A model generated the notes under the pieces. That model ran no database searches. It worked only from the letters and a program-made list of their open reading frames with translations, and was not told the DNA's origin. DNA of 63,945 nt, the filler included, from Trypethelium eluteriae (taxonomy: Eukaryota), in the NCBI GenBank assembly GCA_051942245.1. It is 4 parts of 4 records of this genome, joined end to end, with 100 filler letters (N's around TTAATTAATTAA, not from the genome) between each part and the next. Parts side by side here need not be neighbours in the genome. Positions count along the whole stretch, not along the records: positions 1 to 17,213 come from JAVECL010000597.1; positions 17,314 to 34,403 come from JAVECL010000599.1; 2 more parts are not named here. One strand, written 5' to 3'. The translations under genes were made by a program, and so were the position numbers. This document shows positions 12,130 through 25,863 of the stretch, one piece after another; the first letter of the stretch is position 1, and every line of letters starts with the position of its first letter.

Positions 12130-14918
12130 ATGTCTGCTGACTCCACCCGGGCCAAGGTTGGCCATGGCCTGGCTAGGATTCTCGGCATTAAACTGGATTA
12201 TCGCAATGAAATGGGTCGTGACAATGACAGCAGAGTCACTCAAGGAGAATCTGTCTTTTCTGTTGAAAGCGCAGACGATTATGTCGAACAGGAACCCACC
12301 GTTGCAGAATGGTTTCGTGACCACCTCCCCTCAGGGCAACAATTTTTGCAATACTGTCGAAGCCTTTTCCCGTTTACCACGTGGATCCATCGCTACAATC
12401 TTCAATGGCTCATTGGGGACCTCATTGCTGGTTAGTTTTGGCCGTCTTATTTTCTCTAATTCAGAAGGACTCACACAGGCTAGGAATTACCGTCGGTGCA
12501 GTTGTCGTGCCACAAGGCATGGCATATGCTCAGCTCGCAACGCTGCCGGCTCAGTACGGTCTCTATTCATCGTTCATGGGCGTTCTAATTTACTGGTTTT
12601 TCGCTACGTCAAAGGATATCACTATTGGTGTAGGTGCCAGCACCCAAGATTTTTCCACCATCATGCTAATTGATGCAGCCCGTCGCCGTCTTGTCGACTG
12701 TAACAGGCAACGTCCTTATTAAGGTCCAAGATAAAACCCACAACCGGTTCGATCCCCAAGATGTAGCTGGCGCGCTAGCTATCATAGGAGGAGCAATTGT
12801 ATGCTTCCTCGGGGTGACTAGATTAGGATGGCTGGTTGACTTTATCTCCCTTGCGGCTATTTCGGCTTTCATGACCGGATCAGCGCTGAATATCGCCGTG
12901 GGCCAAATTCCAACAATGATGGGAATCACTGGTTTCTCCACTCGCGATTCGACCTACAAAGTGGTGATCAACATCCTCAAGCACCTTGGTCGCACCAAGC
13001 TCGACGCTGCTATGGGTTTGACTGCCCTTTTCATGCTCTATGCGATTAGGTCTGCCGCCACTCACGGCTCCAAACGGTTTCCAAATCGGCGAAAAGCATT
13101 CTTCTACATGTCTACGCTACGCACGATATTCGTCATACTGCTATACACCTTGATCAGCTGGTTGGTGAACAGACATCATAGGAGTAAGCCTAAATTCAAG
13201 ATTCTTGGGCCGGTCCCAAGGGGTAGGTGCACCCAGAGTTTTATCCCTCGTGATTCCTGCTAAGAGCTGCTATAGGATTCAAGGATGCTAAAGTTCCCTA
13301 CGTGACTACTGATATGATTTCTTCCTTTGCGGGCGATTTGCCCGCAACAGTCATTGTGTTGCTCATCGAACATATCTCTATCGCGAAATCATTCGGTAGG
13401 GTCAACAATTACCAGATTAACCCCTCCCAAGAACTCGTCGCTATCGGCGTCACGAACCTTCTTGGACCGTTTCTTGGGGCATATCCCGCTACTGGTTCGT
13501 TCTCCCGAACCGCCATCAAGTCCAAGGCTGGTGTACGAACTCCATTTGCTGGTGTCATCACTGCTATTGTCGTACTTATTGCACTTTACGGACTCACGGC
13601 AGTCTTCTTCTATATCCCACAGGCCTCTTTGTCGGGTGTGATTATTCATGCGGTCCTGGATCTGATAACTCCTCCCAATACTGTTTATCAATTTTGGAGA
13701 ATTTCACCCCTCGAGGTGATAATCTTTTTCGCCGGTGTTCTCGTTACTGTCTTCTCTAGCATTGAGAATGGCGTCTACACAACGATCTCCGTCTCTGCGG
13801 CTTTGCTCCTTTATAGAGTTTTCAAAGCCAGGGGTCGTTTCTTAGGTAGAGTCAAAGTCCACTCTGTCGTCGGCGATCGCATCATACGAGGAAACGAGCC
13901 GAAGTACGGTACGACTTCAGGAAACACCCGACGGCCTAACACCGACGACAATGGCTTAGAAACAAGAAACATCTTCCTTCCCATCGATCATCACGATGGC
14001 ACGAACCCGCGAATTGCACTGCAGACGCCTTATCCTGGAGTCTTTATGTACAGGTTTTCAGAGGGTTATAACTATCCTAACGCCAACCATTACCTGGATT
14101 ACATGGTCCATACAATCTTTCAGCAAACCCGTCGGACGAATCCTATGAGTTATCCCAAGAAAGGCGTAAGTATTCTATAATTTGAAATAATCGACGGCAT
14201 AGCTAAAAAAAAAAATCAGGATCGACCATGGAACGATCCAGGACCTCGTCATAGCAAAGACCTTTATCAAGAAGACGATCGGCCAACTCTAAAAGCCATC
14301 ATCCTCGACTTCTCGTCCGTCAACAATGTTGATATTACTTCCATACAGCATCTAATTGATGTGCGTAACCAACTTGACCGATATGTCTCACCAGAAATGG
14401 TCGAGTGGCATTTTGCCCATATTAACAACCGCTGGACAAAGAGAGCTCTAGCCTCAGCCGGATTCGGCTACCCCAAGATCAGTTCTCAGGATGATGGATT
14501 TCACCGGTGGAAGCCTGTATTCAGCGTGGCCGAACTTGGAGGCATTGATTCTGCCGCCGAGGCTGCTGAGTACGGATTCAACCGTGCCGAAGCGAAGAGG
14601 CACAGTCGAAGTCGGAGTCGAGCCCATGCTGACAATGATATCGAAGATGGTCAGGTGACGCGTCGCGACTTCCATGCGACGGCGGATGGTGATCGGTCGT
14701 CCAGTCAGGACAGTGTGGACAAGACGCTAAAGTCGAGCAGAGCGTACGCTCAACCCGCTGGCAAGTCAGTCGTGGTCCAGGGTTTGAACCGGCCGTCATT
14801 CCACATGGATCTTACGAGTGCGCTTCAAAGCGCGATCGCGAATATTGAAAGGTATGAAGACGGAAGACCCCCGGTAGCATCGAGGGAAGAAATCATTGGT
14901 GGTGCTACATCTAATTGA
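12130..14918 (+). CDS. sB: SulP/SLC26 sulfate permease with C-terminal STAS domain, multi-exon
   Basis: WLIGDLIAG/ITVGAVVVPQGMAYAQLA, YGLYSSFMG, ATGSFSRTAIKSKAGVRTP, LKAIILDFSSVNNVD. Introns near 12432, 12629, 13223 and 14166. Confidence 0.93.
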
Positions 14919-15651
14919 ATTTTTCGCAATCAAAGTCCTGTTCACATATGGATGAGCTTTGAATTTCTTGTATGTATGTCTGTCTTGAATATTGCCATGT
15001 TTTATATTTAGAATTATACCACGAGTCTTCTCAGTCTTACGGTTTAGTGACTTAGAGAAAATGAAGAATGCCTCCTGCTTTGAAAATAATCCACCTGGGT
15101 GGGCTAAATGACCGTTCTACGCAGTAGTCTAGAAATTTTAACGTGAATATGCAGTAATCTCCATTTATCCATTCAGATGATTGCGCTTTTCGACTTAGGC
15201 CATGGAGACTTACTCCTTTTGTGATATACGCATTAACATTCCTCCTGGTTTCGGACATACATTTTTCCGGCTGCTTCATGTTGTGATCGCCGCGCCTCTG
15301 CTCTATACTCTACTCTATACAACCTCTTGTAATATTACTTTGGTGCCTTCTGCCTGGCCGAAGCCCTGGCGAGCGAAATTGGCACCATCGATCGTAGATG
15401 ATAGTGTTGAGTACCATGCGATTGATAGCCATCGCTTCCAATAGCTATAGCCGGATCAGGCTTCTCTACCCATCATTCCCTTTGTTTCGTAGTAACGGTG
15501 TTGTGAGAGCGCGCTTTTTGACCTACTCCCCTCGGTTGCGTCATGAATTTCTTTGTACTCGGACTTCTCAATTCTCGTAGCCGTTATAATAGCAAGATCT
15601 TGCGCAAGATGTCAATCCATCCCGTTATTCATTCACCACTATGTAACCGAA

Positions 15652-17213
15652 ATGGAGATGAAACTTCCAAGACACAGACCGCCTACTCAGCGGCGGCTGC
15701 CCTTACCAGCTGCATCGCGTTCTTCTTCTCAAACCTTGAGAGGCAGCTCTTCGCCACGGCCACAGTCCCCTAGCGATCCCATAACACCACCTCTAGACAA
15801 GCCCCTTCCACTACTACCAGCACGATCTTCCAGTACACCACCGATGACAAGGTCTTCAACGCGTTCGTCCAGCGTATATAGCAGTACTAGCGACTTCTGG
15901 GGTCCACCATCGCCGGTAAAATCCGAGAATGAGAGCATCCACGCTGACGTATTCTTACAGCCGTCCTTTTATCAGTCTCACAGTACAAGTACACCGGAGC
16001 TGGCTGGGCCCAAACAGACTGATCTCGTCTTAGAACCTCGAAAATATAGTCCGTTAATTCCCAGTCCAAGCTCAAGTCCGACTGAATCGAAATCATCCTC
16101 TCCCGCTCCACGACCTTCCATACTTCTTCCGCCGCCTCCTTCGTTTCCCAGAACCCCATCAAATTGGCATCACGTAGCAAAGTTGAAATCGTTCAAAACG
16201 GTGGCTCGAGCCGTCCTACCATCTCCAGAAGAATCTACGCCATTTCCACTCCTACCGGAAGAATTCCGCGCGGTAAGCAAAATCAAGCCTCGACAATCTT
16301 CTGCTGCACCGATCCTTCAGTCCTCTTCACTACCTCGTCCCATGTCCGTAGTCAACTCCTCCAGTATTATTGATCGATCTACTCGAAGAAATCCTTCTAT
16401 TCCTTCAATTAGAATCGACGAGGCAGAACATGCGACAGAAGAACGGGGAAGACCGCGAGATAGGCGCCGGAAGTCTTCGTCCCTAGATTTGCGGAAGAGG
16501 AGCCGCATGAAGGGCGCTCATAAAGCTGATCGTACTCCGTCACCTTCGTCAAGTCCGACGCGGGCGCTTACCGCAGATAAAAATTACGCCTTTGCTGAGG
16601 CAGGAGAGTCTATTGTAGACGACATCGAGGAAGATGCAGAGCTTCTCCCAGCACCCCTATTCACGTGGGGACGTAACAATTTCAAGAAACATACTCAACA
16701 GCGAAGCGATGGACAAATAACAGGAGTCTCAGCTAAGGCAACTGGTCAGCCTTCGTCTGGGCATTCAAGACGCTTTGGGTCGCTCACGGGCAGTGGACCT
16801 TTGTCTACGTTTATGGGTAGTCATCGAAGACGAAGTACAAGTGGTACAATCCCAATTTCTCCTCCCTTTGCCTTCGATACCGGAATCCTCGCTGACTCAA
16901 ACGATCTGGCTGCGACAAAGAGTTTCTTGAGTCCTGATAGCTCGAAAAGCATCGACAGGCAGACCAACGTCCCTTATCACTTTGCCTTCTCGCCTCCTGC
17001 AACTCCACAGACTGAATTCACACCCGGCGAAAAAGACCCACCACCTCTCAAGACACCTATCTCACATTCTGCTCACTCTCGAACGCCCAAGCCAACACCT
17101 CAGACCATCGCCCCTCCATCCCAGGCTCACACCGCGTCAGAAGCCACTATCCCTAACCCCGGCAAACCTTCTCCCAATTCAAATCTAGCTAACAAGAGCG
17201 CCCCCTCCCTCTC
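15652..17213 (+). CDS. Ser/Pro-rich low-complexity hypothetical protein, 3'-truncated by the gap
   Basis: Open frame of more than 500 codons running into the N spacer. The start ATG (15652 or 15658) is inferred. Confidence 0.7.
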
Positions 17214-17313
17214 NNNNNNNNNNNNNNNNNNNNNNNNNNNNNNNNNNNNNNNNNNNNTTAATTAATTAANNNNNNNNNNNNNNNNNNNNNNNNNNNNNNN
17301 NNNNNNNNNNNNN
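17214..17313. other. Artificial contig spacer
   Basis: N44-TTAATTAATTAA-N44, with stops in all six frames; identical to the other two spacers. Confidence 0.97.
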
Positions 17314-18159
17314 GATGTAGATGGATTCGAAGCGGGAGGAGAGGGTGAGCAGGAGGGAGGTGGGGGGCTCGGAGATGTGGAATAGGCTGTAGGGGTGGAG
17401 CTTGTCGGCGTCTTGTTTGATGTCGTTCGGCACGGTTCGGTTTGGGAGTAAGGAGGACGGGTCGTGGATGATTGATGGGGCGAAGATGTTTGTATATCCT
17501 TCGTCTTGAAGTAATCCGTATAGCTGTTGTAGGTGATGGGAATATGGGATATCTGCCATGAGCACAATCTTTTTGTCCCGCTCTGGATATGTCTGGATGA
17601 ACGTATCCGTTGTGGCCTCCAGGTCTAACGCCTTGCTGGTGAAGACATATATTACTGGCAAACGTGATGTTGGACTCAGACAAGCTCTGCCGTAATGTAC
17701 TACAACATCAGCATCAACGTGCTCCGCGGCAATTTCATCTACGCAGCATGCTCCATACGAAGTATCTGCTAAGATGTAAACTTTTTCCGGAAGATCCTCT
17801 GAAGCTATGCCTAGTTTTCCCATATAGTTCACTAGATTTCTACCAGAATCGTGATTTTCTATGCCATCCTCGGATGATGAATGAGATATCTTCCGTCTTT
17901 TCCTGGCATCTTCCAGTCCGTGACTCAATGCTTCGAATACTCTTGGTGCATCCACTAGCATTTCATCTGGAAATTGTAGCGCGATTCTCTTCCATCCACC
18001 AACCGTGATTTCATTGATCGTCCTATGGATCTCATACTGAGAGTGAAGCTGCTCATCAGAAAGCTTTGGAAGGCTCTGAACATCGATGAAGGGCGTAGGA
18101 TCCCCGAATACATGCGTATCTGGAGTAGATAAAATAGGCGCGACCTTTGTTGCGCTCAT
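17314..18159 (-). CDS. DPH2: Diphthamide biosynthesis protein Dph2, 5' part, truncated by the gap
   Basis: RIALQFPDEML, YILADTSYGACCVDEIAAEHVDADVVVHYGRACLSPTSRLPVIYVF. Confidence 0.92.
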
Positions 18160-18439
18160 CGTCTACTGAGCATTAGCCCCCGAAGCAAAGTACGCCGAGA
18201 GATGAGGTCGGTCTCGCTCTTTGTGTTGAAAATGGTGGATAGTGGGGCAAGTCCAACAAAAAAAGCCGACGTAATGGAGGGGTTCCAAAGCGTTACCCAC
18301 TTCGCAGGTAGGTAGGTAGATTTTCTTGAAGACATCAAAGCTCAAGTTGCTATTAGTGCTCCTTTCTATGTACAAGTCTCGCGTCTCCATGATGGCCAAC
18401 GCCGCAATTTTGCTCAAGGGCTCGGCTTTATGCATTCCA

Positions 18440-19759
18440 CTAGATGGCCACTTTGACAGGAATTCCTCTCCTTCCAGCCCTTCTACTTGCTTGCGCTGCG
18501 TGTAGACCCCTCTTAGTCACCGGATTGTCGTCAAAACTACCCGGCCCAAAGTCTGGTGTACCGCCCAAAGTCCCGAATATGTCGCCTATATAGTTTGTAG
18601 CATTAACACCCTTGGCGAAAGTAGTATTCCATCCATCGATGATTCCTTCTACAACCTTCACACCCGCTAGGTAAATATTTTCTAGTGAAGGGTTATAGCC
18701 ACCTTGGTCTGCATAGAATAGATTGTATTGGGGGGACTCGCCAGGATATGGACGATCAAAGTCGGACGCTGTCCGCATGACGATAATTCGACCGAAGTCC
18801 ACTAAGCCAGCTTTCGCTCCACGTAGCATGGCCTCAAGTGAAGCGTTGTCCTCTTGAGCTGTGGTACAATACACTCCCGATCCATTTGTTATCAGGGAGG
18901 TGTAGTTCCCAAATGCCTCGCCCAGAAGCGCACCACTATAGTATACATCCGAGGTTGCGACATCGCACTCGACCACGCTTGGTGCTTGTGCACCAGCAGC
19001 GTATGCAGGAGATGTGGCATAATGGGCACGATATGCAACAGCGTCTGCTGAATCATTGAGAGTAGCTGTACGCGCAAAGTTGACGGCGAGGCTGCGAAGC
19101 GCGGTATTGACCTCGAAGACTTCGGTACCGTAAATGGCAGAAGGATATTGGCTAGGCGCGGTACTCCCTTGGGGGACGTAGCCCGTGGAGAAGTTGGCTG
19201 GGATCTCTCGCGCATCGAATTCGTACTGTAACGCCACTTGGACGGCGTATCGTGCGAAGGTGACTGAAGCGAGCGTGGCCACTTCAGGATTGACACCAGC
19301 AATGCCAGCAATCAGAAAGTATGTGGTTTGAAGGTCGAACTTAGGAGAGAGGAGCAACGAGGTAATAGTCGTAGCCGCATTGATTTCTGCGCGGAATTGT
19401 CTGTCAGCACCATCACGGACCATAATTTAATTTTTGACCTTAGTATAGGACGTACCGCTCTCTCCAGTCACCAATTGGCAGATCTCCCCATCAGCCGTGC
19501 AGTGCGCATCCGGATAAAGTGGCGAGAATCCAGTCACGGAAATATTCTGTGCAAGAACATTGAATTCGGGAATGCCGTACCAAGCTTCACCTTCAGGTTC
19601 GAACATGTCAATGATGAAGACTTTGGGCTTTATACAGTCCGAGTTTCTTGCCTCTATGGCTTGTGCTGCATTGTGCGCTGCGAAGGGATTTCCCAGTGAG
19701 AAAGTCGGTAGGAAGAGCAAAGCAGGGAGGACCTGGCAGACAGCAGAATCGAGACGCAT
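18440..19759 (-). CDS. Purine nucleoside permease (NUP family) with signal peptide, 2 exons
   Basis: PKVFIIDMFEPE, TGES/EINAA across an intron at about 19454-19389, FDL..TYFLIAGIAGVNP, YCTTAQEDNA, MRTASDFDRP. Confidence 0.88.
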
Positions 19760-20557
19760 TTTGACCAGAACAAGGACCTACTTGAGCTCCCAGAATTGAA
19801 TTGAAGAACTACTTCGAGGAGAGCAGGTAGGGAAGCTCCAGCGCAGGACACGAGAAAGGTCCGTCAAGGTAGCTCCATATCTTATGGGAAGCAGGGGAGC
19901 TTTTAGAGTTGATTGAGGAGCTTGCCTACGAGCGCGGTGATCTCCGGGCTGATCCATCTGCAGGAACGCCAATAGCATCGTGATATGCTTGGCAATAATG
20001 GCATTGCTAAGATAACACAGTCTGCGAGGCGATCCAGAAGGCTGCTTATCTCTAGGGCCATTCCTGGTTCTGAGGTCACCGTGCGGCGTGCAAGTTGGGC
20101 TGAGAATCCGGTGATCCGGGCTGTATTAGTTGGGGTAGCTGCCCCGTGTGGTTAGGTGTATGATAGCTAACCTTGCATCGCATTAGTTGGAATGCGACTC
20201 GTCCTCAGCAAAATTTCCAGAGCACCGTCCACACCGCATTAGTTTTATGAATGACTAGCTATAAAGTGAGCGGTCGTGCAATGTTTTTCCGTGTGGGCGT
20301 TTATATTCGAGTCAGAGCGAAGTTCCTGCTCAGCCTCTTTGCTCATACTCTCACAAAATGGCTGATATTCTGCCCCACCGAGGGATAGTGGAGGGATCCA
20401 TGGTCGCTAGGGTTCAGTCTCAGGAACACTAGGTAAGCGAGGTAGCGCAATCCCTGACGAAATTTCGGGAAATGACATGCACCAACATGGGAGCGATGAC
20501 GACATAAGAGCGAAGCATTGAGAGATACTTCTGACTACTGAGTAGAAGTACACGAGA

Positions 20558-22664
20558 CTAGAAGCCCGCCCAGAAATTGGCTGCCACGTCGCAAAGAAAA
20601 TGGTATCGACGGCCGAGGAACACTATAAAAAGATGCACAACGAGAAGCAGCGTTGATTGCGCCCAGCTACTCCGCAGAAAGCCTAGGTCCAAGGCAGCTA
20701 AAGATGTCAGGGAATACGAGATAAATGCATTGGCTTGATATGGTGCACAGAGGTAGGACATAGTGAAGAGCTTTGCAAGGAATAATGAGATTCTTGCGAC
20801 TGCGATCACATCATTCCGAGCCAGAAAGATTGAGAGGCGAGATGCCCGTGGTGGTGGCGGTGGTAAGATCAGGCGCGGTGAGGATGGGGTTCTTGAAGGG
20901 AATTGAGGCTTTGTGTCTATCTTATGAGGATGCAGAACGATACTCGACTCGCCGGCATCATCGCCATCATTGCCTTGATTTGTAGGCGGACTCGGCGAGC
21001 GCTGGTCTTCGGCATAGGCTCGCTTTAGTTTTGATGGGCCTGGTCTTAGATAAGGAGGCGACATGGGTCTTCGAGAATTGGTATTAGGTGACGGCGACGG
21101 CGATCCCACTGAGGTTATACGCGAGCGCCCGTCTTGGACACCGGAAGAATGCTTGTTGTATGCAGTAAACTCCTCCAAACCGGAGCCTCCCTTAAGTGCG
21201 AGAAGGATTTCCTCTGCGCTTGGTCGTTCCTGAGGATCAACAGATAATAGTCGTTTCAAAAAGCGATATAGTCTCTCTGGAAGATCAGCTCGTGTCCGGC
21301 GCTCATCTTCAAAGCCTGCCCAGGCTGAAATCTCATCTCGAAGCTGGTCGAGGTCCTCGTTTTCTTCATTAAGGTCGTCGGCATTCATATAGGGCAACCG
21401 CCCGAAGCACATGAAATAGACAATCATACCCAGGGAGAAGATATCTGACTTGGTTGTAAAGTTTCCTAACGGACCTGTAGGTGATTCTCGGCGAAGGACT
21501 TCAGGCGCGCAGTATGAGATGGTTCCTGTTGCCCCCGTGGATTTCCGGTTCATGTTGACTGCTTGGACTTCACCAAAATCGCTCACCAAGACTCTGACCT
21601 TGTGTCCGTCGTCATGCAGCAAGCAGTTACTTGGCTTGAGATCACGGTGGATGTACCCGTTCACATGCAGGTAGTTCAATGCAGACGTGATGTCTTTGAC
21701 AAAAGTGAAGATCTCTTCAAAATGCATGTGTCGAGGTCCATGCAAATCTTGTGGGGGTTCGGCTTGGCCTTTTGACCTACGCCGCAACCTCTCCTTGAGT
21801 TCCTGCGTCGTGACGGAAGACTTAGCCGAGTTGAGTATGTAGTGGTGGAGATCGCCCCCATTACAATATTGTTGCAGAATGAACGCGCAAGGGACGCTTG
21901 GGCCGAACGCTGTGATCTGGCAGTCTTCAAGCCAGACATGACGATAAGAAACCAAATTTGGATGGGAGAGGTTCTGCAATAGCTGTGCTTCCACCAGCAC
22001 CTTTTCAAGCCATTCGTGATCGTCTCCAACGGGTACTCTTTTGCACGCAAAACGACCTAAATTGACTCCATCCAGAACATGTCTGACTTGAATCACCACC
22101 CCTTTCCCGCCTCTGCCTAGTTCTCTCTCCTCCACAAAGAATGTTTTGAAATAATCTTTACTGAAGGCGGCCGCGGATATACCATGTGGAGATGGAGGCG
22201 ATGCCGGTGAGCTTCCTATGAACTCAGCTCCCACGGGAGGTTCAGAATCAACGACATCATCTCGCGAATGAGGCTGGACTAGGCGTCTTCGAGGAGAGGG
22301 TGGTCGTGATGGTTCGCTCGAGCCTGGAGTACTGTGATGTAGAAGGCGGAAGTATTCAGGATTCACGAAACTGGCTTCAGCCCCATGTCCGGAAGGTTGT
22401 TCGCTGCGTTCAGACGTGCGACTATCTTCCCGCAATGGTCGATGACAGTAGGGACAATCGGCGAGTTCAACAGCTTGTGATCGGGAGGCGTCTTTGAGGG
22501 AAAGTTGTCTTGACTCTTGGTCGTACACCACCACGGCTGAGCCATGGCGACTATTTGAAAGAACAGCCACAGATCAGCTTCATCAACAGTCTCGCTCCAG
22601 GTTCAGAGTCCTTCGCTTACAGTACAACTTCTCTCGAGTCTGGCTGATATGGCACTAATGACAT
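20558..22664 (-). CDS. IKS1: IKS1-family Ser/Thr protein kinase
   Basis: Exon 1 MSLVPYQPDSREVVL, then CPYC, LGRGGKGVV, FACKRVPVGDDHEWLEKVLVE, HRDLKPSN, SDFGE, GTISYCAPE and a hydrophobic C-terminus. Confidence 0.9.
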
Positions 22665-23276
22665 ACTTCGCTGCGGAACATCATCCGCCATAGCTCAATT
22701 CCATCAGCATCAAGCGTAAGTACTCAACGCAGGCGGTCGCAACAAGAGTACAAAAGCTCGTACCGGATCAGAAGAGGTGCCGGCTGACATTGTACTGTTA
22801 TCGACGATGTTTGCTGGATTGTATGGTGAGTTTGGATATCATTCAGAGCACGAGACTTTGAAGGATCTCCAGCGTGCTGCAGGTTCTCGAGACCAGCTTC
22901 GCGGGGCAACAGCGACGAGCGATACAACATCAACCAACACATCATTCCACGCGCAAGCTGTTTCATTCAAGCCATTAGATTCATCATGTGCAATTTAGAA
23001 TTACTTTTACATTCAATTCCTATCTGCTATGAGCTTGATCTGCCGTAGAAAATTCAGTGGTATCAAAGAGTCCCGTATCCAGGGCACCATAAACCGAGCT
23101 TGGGCTACACTGTCCACGGTCATGCTCGTACAAATTCATATTTGCCCGACCAGGCACTCGCCCCTTTCCCCAGCCATTTCGCCAAAAATGATTTAAGTAT
23201 ACGCAATGTTGCCGGCCTGCCTGGGCATGGAGAACAATAAATGCAAACAGAAATTTGGAGCAAACCTGATTAGGCA

Positions 23277-25047
23277 CTAATCGAGCTCTTCAAATCTGCC
23301 TTCTTCCACGGCGTGTTCCACTGGGTTCTTCACGTTGACGACTCCAGTTTTCTTGAGTCTGCGGCGCGATTAGTTGAGTATTCACCCGAGAAGTCGCTGG
23401 ATGGGTTGAGTACCTCTCAAAAAGAACAAAAAGCTTTTCTGCCTCCCTTTCCTTTTCCTCCTGTGTCATTTCAGGTCCGGTGTCATGTGGTTCTTCCATG
23501 TCTAGGCGTTGCCCCGTGATTGGATTAATGGCTGGAGCTCCTGTGTCGCCTGGACTGCTGAATGCATCTGATGCCGTCTGGGGAACAGCGATGTTGTGGC
23601 TCAGTAGGAAGCCGGAGGCGAAACCATAGCCGACATTGTGCACGAATTTGTTGGCGTCATTGTCGGATAGCTCAAACATCAACGCTGAGATTGATTCCCG
23701 CATGGTGGGCAACATTGGTGATGTTGAAAGCCTCAATAGGCGAGCAGACAGCGTGTCCAGCTGGCCCAATGGCTTCTTCCTATCAGCATCAGTCGGTAGC
23801 ATAAGCCATTGCATGTATCTTCGGACACCGTCAGGGGCGAAGCCATAGATCTTGCGAATCAGATTCAGGACAGGAGCCGCAATGTGGTCCAGATCATCTT
23901 CCTTGTAACTAGTAATCGCTTGATGGAGGATATCAATCAACAGTTCAATGTTGTGGTTTTGATCAAATTTTGGAAAGACCGGGTTGATTCCGAGGTGTTT
24001 CGATTTCTTGTTTTCCAAATCCAATGGGATCAGAGCGTTGATAAGGGTATTGACTGGGGCCTGAAGTGGAGGCTTTAATACCCCTATCCTAGTCAGTATT
24101 TTGAAGATATGTGGGATGGATGCCGAAAAGTTCTCTGCAAGGTCGGGGTAATAGTATAGAATGTTGAAAATCAATTTGCACGTTTCCGTAAGCGCCATCT
24201 CATCAGCTTGAGCAGGCAAAGATTTACGGCTCTTCGAGTATGCCTTGGCATGTCGTGCCATTGCCTTTGTACACATTCGTCAAATAAGTCCAAAGAAGGA
24301 TATTTTCAAACCAACCTCATTGATGCTTTCATCAAGATGAATATTTTTGATAAGGTCCTCGAAGTTTAGCGTTGTATCATAAGTCATGAGAAATAAGATT
24401 CGGCCGAGGAGGAATTCGTCATCTCTATTGTCGCTCTGTACGCAAGTTAGTAGATGAAACACAGGTTGATCGGAATGAATCTGCGTCCCTTGTATCGCTC
24501 CGCCGCTTTTGGACCGTAGCCTTTGTTGACAAATATTTGTCGGGATTTTGGCTGAAGGAGAAACGCATTGGCAAGGCATCTGAGAGCTTCCCGCGAACTT
24601 GTCTGGTCTTTTCCGGAGAATGCATGTTCGGAAAGGGTATTGATCCCCTGCCAGTGGGTCAGTCTTTGGATCCAAACGGTATTGGTATGTGCATATATAC
24701 CTCTTGCTCAAACATGGGATCTGCATTAGTTGCATCGCGACTATAGACTTTCAGCCGGTCAAGGATGGCGACCCGTTCTAATCTAAGCGTCAGCACAGAC
24801 GTCTCACCGCTGGATTATAGGGATTGCACTACATACGTTGTGGCTCGAGCAATTGCGTTCTCAGATCATGGCGTAGTTTAATTAGAAGAGTTGTGACTTC
24901 GTTGAGTTTTGCTGGTACTCAGTCAGAACAGCTGTGAGAACGCTGCAAATTCATAGGGTGCGCACCTTCTCCAGTAAGGGACGGGGCAAGTGATGTAGTA
25001 TAAGAGCCTTTGGAACTCCCAGAGTGGCTCCTTGTATGCGCCAACAT
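23277..25047 (-). CDS. RIC8: Ric-8/synembryn G-alpha GEF and chaperone, multi-exon
   Basis: LTGEAKL, RILFLMTY, FVHNVGYGFASGFL, INPITGQRL, MTQEEKEREAEKLFVLFER, final exon LKKTGVVNVKNPV..ELD*. Confidence 0.92.
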
Positions 25048-25863
25048 GGTGAATATCAGACTGATGGATGGGTAATCTTGTTGACAGGCCACTGAGGCTC
25101 TTTCAATACGGCGAAGAGCCGGATTTTGCCAAAGAGCGGTGGAAGAATACGGTATGGCCGACTACAAGTAGCCGCGGCTCTTTCCAGGGGGCATCAGGGA
25201 AGCTCTGGCCGAGTTCGCAGTGGTGCATGCGACAGCTGGTCCGGAGTCGAGGCCGGGCTATGAAAGTTGGAAGTCAATTGGGGACTGCAGGCTGGCTGAT
25301 CACCCGGATGTCGATTACCGGATCGGTGGTGCCATGTGACGTCGAAGGAACATTCACGACAGACCTTGAGCGTATGCGAGACGGCGCACAGTCGCAATTT
25401 AGGGACTCGTTGCGATATGGGTAGGTTCTAGGTGGATGGGAAGAAGAAGAGTCGCCTGCGAGCCGGGCCCCCACTCCGGTAGAATTTGGCAGAAAGGCGG
25501 TTTTGGTGTTGATCGACTTGGACGAGCCGCTGTACAATCGATACGATAGGGAGACGATCGCCCGGGCTGACGGCAGCTGTGAAAGCCATGCGGGTATTCT
25601 TTTGAGACCGCACGGCCCGGCAGCCAGGATTTTGCCCAAAGCACGGTGGCACTGTGGCACCACCAGCGCCGTGGCACCTAAAGTGTGGCGATTCTCGAGG
25701 ATTCGCGCCAAACGCGGGGCACCAACGACGCGACGCGTGAACCCTGGCTCGGACGTGAGTGCTCGTGCTCCTACCATCGCCGTCTTTTTCAGAACACTGC
25801 TTTCTCGAAGGCCCATTTTCCGATCATGGATACCTAATACGCCTTTCTCACACTTGCATAGCC

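Noticed and set aside
17258..17269. TTAATTAATTAA palindrome occurring three times
   Set aside because: Always centred in N runs; a synthetic six-frame stop linker.
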